A DNA stretch of 6,059 bases, taken from positions 1 to 6,059 of IMG/VR virus record IMGVR_UViG_3300020029_000043; one strand, written 5' to 3'. This document shows positions 1-5,197 of the stretch, in pieces; the stretch's first letter is position 1; every line of letters starts with the position of its first letter. Position numbers and translations under genes: made by a program. This DNA is from a virus. The notes under the pieces were generated by a model. The model had not been told where the DNA came from, did not search any database, and saw nothing but the letters and a program-made list of their open reading frames with translations.

Positions 1-121
1 CCGCGAAGCAATAGCCAGCTGCGGTATGGTCGAGACGCCGGACATGGAGACGCCTTCGGAGCTACCAACAGGAAGCAATCGACTATAGCGGTCAGGATTC
101 GAAGGTATAACGGCCATCGGA
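1..121. repeat. Terminal redundancy (left copy), identical to 5939-6059; assembly overlap of a circular molecule
   Basis: Read base by base: ccgcgaagcaatagccagctgcggtatgg...cggccatcgga occurs at both ends in the same orientation. The capsid reading frame continues in phase across the junction. Confidence 0.97.
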
Positions 122-1050
122 TGGGCGACAAGGAACGACCCAAGCGTAGTAACAGTCGTAGCGGCAGCGCCAGTAGCGAATTGACTTGAAGGACCCGCGG
201 TAGACAGCGAAGTATTTCCGGGATAGATGGTAGAGACGGGGTAACCATCCTTAGATGCGGTAATCGTAGAACCAAGGTCTGAAAGCAATATCTGAGAAAA
301 GAGATTTCCTCTATTATATGTATTATTCGACGACGACACAGACGAAGGATAGAACTGACTCTCAAAATAAGCATCGAGGAATTCGAGATTTCCGAATCTT
401 TGCGAGAAAAAAGTCGGCATGGCACCGAACTGAAGAACATTATACGCGGCACCGGTGCTATTGGGGATAAAATACCAACTACTAGGCCAAGCGAAAGAAT
501 AGAGTCCCCACTGGGAATAACCGTAGTAATTGCGAACAATGTCCCAATAAGCAAGATAAGAATCAGCAGTGCACCAGCCTAAAGGATACGACAACTGGGC
601 CGATGTAAGATTAGCAGACACCGGAACATTACTCGAGGTCGAAACCGGTATAGACGAGGGAATAACACGCAACCAACGAAGCAGCGAGTTCGAATAAGGA
701 TAATTATCTGACGTAAATTCGTACGAACCAGTAGAAGAAGCGGCAATAAAATTCAAACTCAAATTGTTCATATCAAACTTACTACTGTTCGTTCGCATCT
801 CCGGATGGTACAGCTGCAAAGGCACCCAGAAACGGTGAAGTCGAATAGTATAAGGGTTAAACGTCGGAACAGCAAGAGGATTGCTACGAATGTCAATGCC
901 CTGCTCGATAGAGATGCGGTCACGGGCATTAATAAAATCGATTCGCACCGGATATAAAATACCCGGTGTGCATGTAAAAGCCTTACTCTCAGGAACATCA
1001 TAACGAGAGTAACCATTCACAGCGTGAGAGATGAAAGGTTGTTTTCCCAT
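1..1050 (-). CDS. VP1: Major capsid protein (Microviridae F/VP1 family), N-terminal 350 codons; continues across the circular junction into 5938-5198
   Basis: This ORF is missing from the supplied track because it runs off the window edge. I checked every plus-strand triplet in phase 1-3, 4-6 ... 1048-1050 and found no tta/cta/tca, so the minus frame is open from the ATG at 1050-1048 to base 1. Translation begins MGKQPFISHAVNGYSRYDVPESKAFTCTPGILYPVRIDFINARDRISIEQGIDIRSNPLAVPTFNPYTIRLHRFWVPLQLYHPEMR. This resembles the conserved N-terminal beta-strand region of microvirus capsid proteins. It joins in frame to the 5198-6055 ORF, since MAVIPSNP at 117-115 equals 6055-6053. Confidence 0.93.
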   Translation of the reverse strand, partial: MGKQPFISHAVNGYSRYDVPESKAFTCTPGILYPVRIDFINARDRISIEQGIDIRSNPLAVPTFNPYTIRLHRFWVPLQLYHPEMRTNSSKFDMNNLSLNFIAASSTGSYEFTSDNYPYSNSLLRWLRVIPSSIPVSTSSNVPVSANLTSAQLSYPLGWCTADSYLAYWDIVRNYYGYSQWGLYSFAWPSSWYFIPNSTGAAYNVLQFGAMPTFFSQRFGNLEFLDAYFESQFYPSSVSSSNNTYNRGNLFSQILLSDLGSTITASKDGYPVSTIYPGNTSLSTAGPSSQFATGAAATTVTTLGSFLVAHPMAVIPSNPDRYSRLLPVGSSEGVSMSGVSTIPQLAIASR

Positions 1051-1053
1051 AAA

Positions 1054-2145
1054 TTAAATATTTAGTTGAAGTTTATAATGATCCTGCCAAAATTGGAGAA
1101 TGTCCAAATCCAACCAGGCAGGGGGGTCAAAATCAGGCATCTTCCGAGAAGACGCGGAAAAGCGCATTATTTGCTTCTGCTCCCACGTATATGACACTCT
1201 ACTGGATACGGAGGAATTGAGGCCGAACCGCTCAACACACAAAGAAACAATACGCTTAACCAGAGGAGAATCGCTAAAATGTGCATAAGCGTTAGCAGCG
1301 GCAATCGAACGTACAACCTCGTCCTCCGATTTAAGATATTTAAGATAATATCGAGGGATCGCGTAATTGTAACTGATAGCCTTCTTAGAATCATAATAAG
1401 ACCACGACGAAACACGAGCAGAAGGACGAGGCATATAGCCAAGAAAATCACCAACGCCAGCAGATACGAATTTTCGCGTATAACGGCGATGTTGGAGGAG
1501 GCAAGATAAAGGTGTAAGATTTCCATCTACGGTAACATATTTATCCGAGATTTCCTCGGGATTGAATTGAATTTGTTTAGTAACATACTTTACGCAATAG
1601 CGAGCGCGCTTATGGGTAGCCTTTGCCAGCCACACAAAGCCAAGGTCTCGAACAGCAGAACGAATGGTGTTATAAAGAACATTTGTGCCAAACAGAAAGC
1701 CGTGAAAATGTAATCGAGGCTCATTTCCCATTTCGGGATGAGTCCCGAACTCCTGGAAAAAGGCGTGCTTGAACGAATGGCCGAGTTTATGCCGCAAACG
1801 CTCGTTAAAACGGCGGATGAACCGAGAGGGGTCGAGCAAGGCTTCATTATAATACTTAGGAGCAATAGTTATAGTAATAAAAATGGCCTGCTGATTATTG
1901 GCCTTGCAATAGGCAAGCTCGCGTTCCAAGCGGACAAACCAATCATTGCGCTGACGACGCAAGCAGTCTTCACACTTTCCGCAGGGAACCATCAACCACT
2001 GGCGGGCGATATCCCAAGGGCGAAGAGCTAAGGCTGATTTAGCAACATCAGAACCATTTCGGCAAGGATTCTTCTTGTCAAAATAGCGACGATTGCGTAT
2101 CCATATGGGAGATGAACAAGGCATTAGAGTAAACTTCGAAGACAA
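1054..2145 (-). CDS. VP4: Rolling-circle replication initiator (HUH endonuclease, Microviridae VP4 / phiX gpA-like)
   Basis: Motif I is IFITITIAP. The HUH motif PRLHFHGFLF has HFH encoded at 1710-1702 (cat ttt cac). The double-tyrosine motif YCVKYVTK is encoded at 1599-1576 and closely resembles phiX174 gpA YVAKYVNK. An upstream Cys cluster reads VPCGKCEDC. The maximal ORF starts at 2145, but the ATG at 2124 (MPCSSPIWIRN...) is probably the real start; see findings. Confidence 0.93.
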   Translation of the reverse strand: MSSKFTLMPCSSPIWIRNRRYFDKKNPCRNGSDVAKSALALRPWDIARQWLMVPCGKCEDCLRRQRNDWFVRLERELAYCKANNQQAIFITITIAPKYYNEALLDPSRFIRRFNERLRHKLGHSFKHAFFQEFGTHPEMGNEPRLHFHGFLFGTNVLYNTIRSAVRDLGFVWLAKATHKRARYCVKYVTKQIQFNPEEISDKYVTVDGNLTPLSCLLQHRRYTRKFVSAGVGDFLGYMPRPSARVSSWSYYDSKKAISYNYAIPRYYLKYLKSEDEVVRSIAAANAYAHFSDSPLVKRIVSLCVERFGLNSSVSSRVSYTWEQKQIMRFSASSRKMPDFDPPAWLDLDILQFWQDHYKLQLNI

Positions 2146-2324
2146 TCAAATTTAATGCTAGGGTGATCAAGACGACAACGAACAAGGTAATCATTCGCAG
2201 AGGGCTCGTCGGCAAACCAGGCAATAACAACTCGTTTCCGACCTCGGTATGCGCCAATAGAATAGCGATGAGGAATGCTATTGATAAAAGGGGAAAATCT
2301 AGGACGAAAATCAAAATAATCCAT
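2124..2324 (-). CDS. Hypothetical small basic protein (66 aa), translationally coupled to Rep
   Basis: I use the internal Met of track ORF 2124-2387, giving MDYFDFRPRFSPFINSIPHRYSIGAYRGRKRVVIAWFADEPSANDYLVRCRLDHPSIKFDCLRSLL. The ATG at 2324 is preceded by ATTAATT, the same context as the ORF107 start. Its TAA stop overlaps the Rep ATG as TAATG at 2126-2122. The longer form would run through the noncoding hairpin island. I recognise no family. Confidence 0.5.
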   Translation of the reverse strand: MDYFDFRPRFSPFINSIPHRYSIGAYRGRKRVVIAWFADEPSANDYLVRCRLDHPSIKFDCLRSLL

Positions 2325-2366
2325 AATTAATATGCTGGTTATTGAACTATTCGCAACTGGCGTAAG

Positions 2367-2407
2367 GACGCAGGACGACAGCCTCAACGGCTGGGACGCT
2401 GCGCGTC
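2367..2407 (-). other. Imperfect hairpin in the noncoding island
   Basis: gacgc (2367-2371) pairs with gcgtc (2403-2407), and cagcc pairs with ggctg around the loop tcaac. The internal region pairs only partially. It is much weaker than the neighbouring hairpin. Confidence 0.3.
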
Positions 2408-2455
2408 TTCGGCCTCCATGGCTTCACTCCGTTCGAGATATACCGGCAAAGCTGG

Positions 2456-2512
2456 TTGACTTACCAGGACCGCAGGAGAAAAGGGGGGGTCTCCTGCGGC
2501 CTGGTAAGTCAA
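2456..2512 (-). promoter_or_regulatory. Very strong hairpin: 23-bp stem (13 bp, one bulged A at 2469, then 10 bp) with a 10-nt loop aaaggggggg (C7TTT on the coding/virion strand); function unknown
   Basis: All 23 pairs checked by hand. ttgacttaccagg(a)ccgcaggaga at 2456-2479 pairs with tctcctgcggcctggtaagtcaa at 2490-2512. It lies in the 220-nt gap between ORF107 and ORF66. By my count 2361-2560 is about 59% G+C, versus roughly 37-48% in the coding stretches I sampled. Confidence 0.85.
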
Positions 2513-2545
2513 AGAACTTTTCCACCGAGCGGGCGGGTTACTACT

Positions 2546-2869
2546 CTAGTTCCCTTTCCCTTCTTCCTGCGACGTGCCTTCATCGGAAACCAAATCAAAG
2601 TCAAATATAAGAACGAGTGTATTATCGAAAAACTCGATACTGAAATTAGGATACGCACTCAAGGCGTCTACGAGACTGAAAACAGAGCAATGCTCAATAT
2701 AGGGAGAATCAGCAATACTAGAATGCTCTACGTAGGTAGAAATGGGAGTACGTTTAAGAGTGTCAATGGAGAGTGAAGAAAACTGTCCATTTTCAATGTA
2801 GCCTACCTGGACAAGGTCAATCTTGAAGGCAGGATTAATGCGACGGATAACAACGTGAATTTGTGTCAT
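2546..2869 (-). CDS. Hypothetical protein (107 aa), acidic C-terminal tail
   Basis: Complete ORF on the gene strand, not overlapped by any better ORF. The start context ATTAATTATG is identical to that of ORF66. The ATG at 2869 lies 2 nt after the TAA of ORF109 (2874-2872). I recognise no domain. Confidence 0.6.
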   Translation of the reverse strand: MTQIHVVIRRINPAFKIDLVQVGYIENGQFSSLSIDTLKRTPISTYVEHSSIADSPYIEHCSVFSLVDALSAYPNFSIEFFDNTLVLIFDFDLVSDEGTSQEEGKGN

Positions 2870-2871
2870 AA

Positions 2872-3201
2872 TTAATGGGGTTGAGTTAAAATTGAAAAAA
2901 AGTATCTACAGAAATCTGCCCAGCGCCGAGACGCGTCATGCCAGAATTCACGACCTTCGGGGGTCGAGTCAAAAAGAAAAGCGCCGGTCAGAAGAAAAGA
3001 GTAGTCCATAGCGGGGAATGTCGCATAAGCGCAAATACGTTGCCGAATAAGGTCGCGAACAGACGTGGTGACCTGTCTGGCTGCTGCGAGATTCCTCGTG
3101 AATTTACGATAAAGATGATTGCGGACTAACCACTCGACGAAAAGGTAGTCTAAAACATCAACTCGTAAATCAAACTGACTAAAAGATTTTTGTGATTTCA
3201 T
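2872..3201 (-). CDS. Hypothetical protein (109 aa), Arg/Trp-rich, likely helical
   Basis: Complete ORF on the gene strand, first gene after the only sizeable AT-rich intergenic spacer (3202-3281). It is tightly coupled to ORF107. I recognise no domain. Confidence 0.62.
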   Translation of the reverse strand: MKSQKSFSQFDLRVDVLDYLFVEWLVRNHLYRKFTRNLAAARQVTTSVRDLIRQRICAYATFPAMDYSFLLTGAFLFDSTPEGREFWHDASRRWADFCRYFFSILTQPH

Positions 3202-3227
3202 AATAGTGTGGTTATTGGTTTACGATG

Positions 3228-3258
3228 CAAACATACAACAAAGGGAATAAATGAGAAA
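3228..3258 (-). promoter_or_regulatory. Candidate Bacteroidota-type promoter (-7 TAnnTTTG box plus a -33-like TTTC)
   Basis: The minus strand reads TATGTTTG (plus caaacata, 3228-3235), an exact match to the Bacteroides -7 consensus TAnnTTTG. TTTC (plus gaaa, 3255-3258) lies 19 nt upstream, a 3/4 match to the -33 TTTG at the canonical spacing. The site sits about 27 nt upstream of the ORF109 ATG. This is a pattern match only. Confidence 0.3.
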
Positions 3259-3281
3259 GTTAAAAAGGTCGGAAAAAATGT

Positions 3282-4562
3282 TTAATTTCTCCCATGATAG
3301 GCGCGGCGGGCATAGGTAGCACCTTCTCTATCACCGTCAGGCCCGTAAAACTCTCTCAACTCCTCGTAACCTTCGGGACCGGCAGGACCTGCGGACTTGC
3401 GACCGACATAAGAAGCACCGGCGATACCTGCGGCAGTAGCAAAAGCCTTTGTAACATCATAAAACAGAGCATTCTTGTTCTTGCGGATGCTAAACCAGTT
3501 ACCGGACAGACTCTGACGACCTTCACCAAGCTCAAGGCCACGAAGATAAGAGTAATATTCGCGACCTGTAATCTCCTCAAATTCTCCAGTAGGCTCACCC
3601 TTCTCGTTGACCAGGGGAACCTTTACGGGGGTTTCCCAAGTGACTTCAAACATGCGTTGCATATCCTTCTGCTGAATATCAAGAATATCAGCATGAGAAC
3701 GGGACTCACGTGCAGAAGCTTTAGCGGCATCGGCGACAGCGCAAAGATAAGCAAGGTTGGCAGCAGCAGACTGTTCAAGGAGAGGAATCTCAGCATCATT
3801 TTCAGCACGAATACGTTTAGAACGCTCAACCTGTTCAGCATAAGCGGCCTGAATGCGCTGAAAATCATAGGTGGCAGCGAGATCTGCATACTTGTTGTAA
3901 GCCTCCTGATTGATAGCCAACTCGCCATAATAACGAGCAAGCGAAGACTGATTGCTAATGTTAGCTCGCTTTAGTTGCTTCTCGAGCTCGATAAGGGCCT
4001 GACCTTGTTCCTTGGTGGGCATCCTGTTACGAATATCGTCAGCTTGGGCGTTATCCAGATTAGCGGCAGCCTTATTGCGTTCAATAGTTGAATTAACACC
4101 CATGGCCTCGAGTGCGACACCGGCAACGGCAGAACCAGCGCCAGGAGGCAGAGGGCTCGAGAAATCAAAAGATCCACCAGAAGGACCAGAAGCGCCTACG
4201 GAGCCAGCAGAGCCGCCGGACATAGTAGCGTTAACGCCGACACCGGAAGAGCCAAGTACGGCCGCAGGGTTAACACCAGCTTTCAAATAACGGTCGAAAA
4301 CCTTCGAAGGGTCGTTGTAAGCATTCTCATAGTCGAACTGCTTTTGCCAGTTAGCATAATTAATCTCACCTTGTTTCTGCATCTGCTCAAGGGCATACTG
4401 CTGCTGCAGTTTCATCTGCTTCTGCTGATACTTCCACTGACGCTTCAAACTAGGCTTAAGAAGGCCAGAGGCGACCTGACCGCCGGCCGAAATAGCAGCG
4501 GCGCCGAGCATAGCACCGGTGGAAACAGGCTCAACGTAGGACTTGAAATCAATAAGTCTCAT
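3282..4562 (-). CDS. VP2: Minor capsid / DNA pilot protein (Microviridae VP2 / gpH-like), 426 aa
   Basis: It is the second-largest structural-size ORF. It has a Gly/Ala-rich hydrophobic N-terminus (GAMLGAAAISAGGQVASG) followed by a Gln/Lys-rich probable coiled coil. FDRYLKAGVNPAAVLG resembles the AG(L/V)NP motif seen in annotated microvirus VP2 proteins. A long Gly/Ser/Ala low-complexity tract and further helical heptad-like sequence follow. Confidence 0.8.
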   Translation of the reverse strand: MRLIDFKSYVEPVSTGAMLGAAAISAGGQVASGLLKPSLKRQWKYQQKQMKLQQQYALEQMQKQGEINYANWQKQFDYENAYNDPSKVFDRYLKAGVNPAAVLGSSGVGVNATMSGGSAGSVGASGPSGGSFDFSSPLPPGAGSAVAGVALEAMGVNSTIERNKAAANLDNAQADDIRNRMPTKEQGQALIELEKQLKRANISNQSSLARYYGELAINQEAYNKYADLAATYDFQRIQAAYAEQVERSKRIRAENDAEIPLLEQSAAANLAYLCAVADAAKASARESRSHADILDIQQKDMQRMFEVTWETPVKVPLVNEKGEPTGEFEEITGREYYSYLRGLELGEGRQSLSGNWFSIRKNKNALFYDVTKAFATAAGIAGASYVGRKSAGPAGPEGYEELREFYGPDGDREGATYARRAYHGRN

Positions 4563-4563
4563 A

Positions 4564-4755
4564 TTACGGAAGCGAAAAATTGTTCGAACGAATGATATAA
4601 TCTACACGGACGGTGTCGATGTGAACACCATTGCGGTAAACTTTAGCCTGTGCGGAACACGAGGACAAGAAAAAGGTAGCCAGCGCGGCAACGATAGACG
4701 AGACGAGCGTCCAAAACGCTTTCGACTTATAAAAGGGTTGTTTAATATCAGACAT
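4564..4755 (-). CDS. Small predicted lipoprotein (63-aa precursor, 31-aa mature lipopeptide)
   Basis: I use Met38 of track ORF 4564-4866, giving MSDIKQPFYKSKAFWTLVSSIVAALATFFLSSCSAQAKVYRNGVHIDTVRVDYIIRSNNFSLP. It has a Lys-containing n-region, a 16-residue hydrophobic core and an L-S-S-C lipobox. Cys33 is encoded at 4659-4657. Its TAA stop (4566-4564) lies 1 nt before the VP2 ATG. The 37 upstream codons of the long form are Arg-rich and coincide with a structured terminator-like element, and they would bury the signal peptide. Confidence 0.6.
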   Translation of the reverse strand: MSDIKQPFYKSKAFWTLVSSIVAALATFFLSSCSAQAKVYRNGVHIDTVRVDYIIRSNNFSLP

Positions 4756-4780
4756 AGGGATAAAATTTAGAGAACGATAG

Positions 4781-4858
4781 AAAAATGCGCGGCCTCTCCT
4801 GCAGTCGTTACCAATAACCTTCAGCAATTCACGAACTCTTGCAAAAGGGGCCCGCGCA
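4781..4858 (-). terminator. Long imperfect hairpin followed by T5 on the coding strand; candidate intrinsic terminator or structured cis element after the capsid-ORF98 block
   Basis: On the minus strand, tgcgcgg(g)ccccttttgc (plus 4858-4841) pairs with gcaggagaggccgcgca (plus 4802-4786). That gives 7 G/C-rich pairs, a 1-nt bulge, then 10 more positions with 1 mismatch and 2 G-T/G-U wobbles. TTTTT follows immediately (plus aaaaa, 4781-4785). The fold is better on the minus strand than on the plus strand, where the wobbles become A-C mismatches. Confidence 0.4.
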
Positions 4859-4888
4859 CGTAACATATATCGTCAAGTAAAGGATATA

Positions 4889-5185
4889 CTATTTTTCTTC
4901 AGAATTGGAAGATTTAGAAGTAGGCTTCGACCTATCCAGCTCTGAATCAATAAGTTCCTGTCCAACCTCGAGACCATCGAACTTATCCATGCGGGAAAAG
5001 GAGTTCGGGTCAAAATCAATCTCAGGGTTAAACTTTTCACCCTTATCAAAGTCAGCCGACTCTGCCACCACATCTGGACGACCAGGAAGAACATCGACAG
5101 AACCAGAACCATCGAGAACAGAAAGAATACGCTGACCGCGAGAAACATAGGCGGGGGCGTCTTCAAGAAGCCAATCAAGTGCCAT
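4889..5185 (-). CDS. Acidic 98-aa protein; possible scaffolding-type (VP3-like) protein
   Basis: It starts 12 nt after the capsid TAA, with an AT-rich start context (CATTAATTTTATG). I count 22 Asp/Glu against 11 Arg/Lys. Small acidic proteins next to the capsid gene serve as scaffolds in other microviruses. The functional call is inferred from position and composition only. Confidence 0.55.
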   Translation of the reverse strand: MALDWLLEDAPAYVSRGQRILSVLDGSGSVDVLPGRPDVVAESADFDKGEKFNPEIDFDPNSFSRMDKFDGLEVGQELIDSELDRSKPTSKSSNSEEK

Positions 5186-5197
5186 AAAATTAATGTA

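Noticed and set aside
1-121. The 121-nt terminal repeat as a biological terminal repeat (LTR/DTR) or transposon end
   Set aside because: It is a direct, exact duplicate lying inside the capsid coding sequence, and the reading frame continues across it. That is the signature of a circular genome assembled past its start, not of a functional terminal repeat.
1167-1526. Hydrophobic +1-frame ORFs embedded in Rep, ORF66, VP2 and capsid (1167-1526, 1590-1865, 2078-2314, 3356-3598, 3623-3940, 5311-5619, 768-1016) as embedded lysis or membrane genes
   Set aside because: The Leu/Phe/Ile richness is systematic across all alternative frames, consistent with a compositional by-product of T-rich wobble positions in the main frame. 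No distinctive start contexts are present. Only the ORF spanning ORF98 was kept, as a low-interest finding.
2147-2154. A second exact TAnnTTTG box (coding strand TAAATTTG) immediately upstream of the 2145 ATG
   Set aside because: It ends 1 nt before the 2145 ATG and lies inside ORF66 coding sequence. It could at most drive a transcript for the 2124 start. A single 6-of-8-defined motif at that density is expected by chance in AT-rich sequence.
2325-2362. Sigma-70-like promoter (TTGCGA-N18-TATTAA) just upstream of ORF66
   Set aside because: Both hexamers match only 4/6, and the predicted transcription start would fall at or beyond the ORF66 ATG.
2325-2387. N-terminal 21-codon extension of ORF66 (track ORF 2124-2387, MRLSSCVLTPVANSS...)
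   Set aside because: It would start inside the weaker hairpin of the G+C-rich island and lacks the AT-rich start context. The ATG at 2324 has the same ATTAATT context as ORF107.
2425-2450. tRNA T-loop-like GTTCGAG, and the possibility of a tRNA or small self-cleaving ribozyme in the G+C-rich island
   Set aside because: The flanking bases do not form a T-stem or an acceptor/anticodon cloverleaf on either strand. No hammerhead core (CUGAUGA ... GAAA) was found in the island.
3199-3222. dif/XerCD-like site (ATAA-N8-TTAT, cataatagtgtggttattggttta), considered because some microviruses integrate at dif
   Set aside because: The spacer is 8 nt rather than 6, and the outer arms do not resemble the XerC/XerD arms of the E. 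coli dif consensus as I remember it. The left half includes the ORF109 start codon. No integrase or attachment evidence is present.
3294-3974. 226-aa plus-strand ORF, plus other plus-strand ORFs such as 4012-4290, 4344-4595, 1738-2031, 2332-2610 and 2456-2776
   Set aside because: All are antisense to well-supported minus-strand genes or run through the noncoding hairpin island. Their sequences are low-complexity mirror images of the Ala/Gly/Leu-rich sense frames, with no start context or motif support. Microvirus genomes are transcribed from one strand.
4756-4866. N-terminal 37-codon extension of the lipoprotein ORF (track ORF 4564-4866, MLRARAPFARVRELL...)
   Set aside because: The extension is Arg-rich, coincides with the hairpin-plus-T5 element, and would place the signal peptide internally. 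The Met at 4755 gives a canonical lipoprotein precursor. I kept the shorter form, but this is a judgement and not proven.
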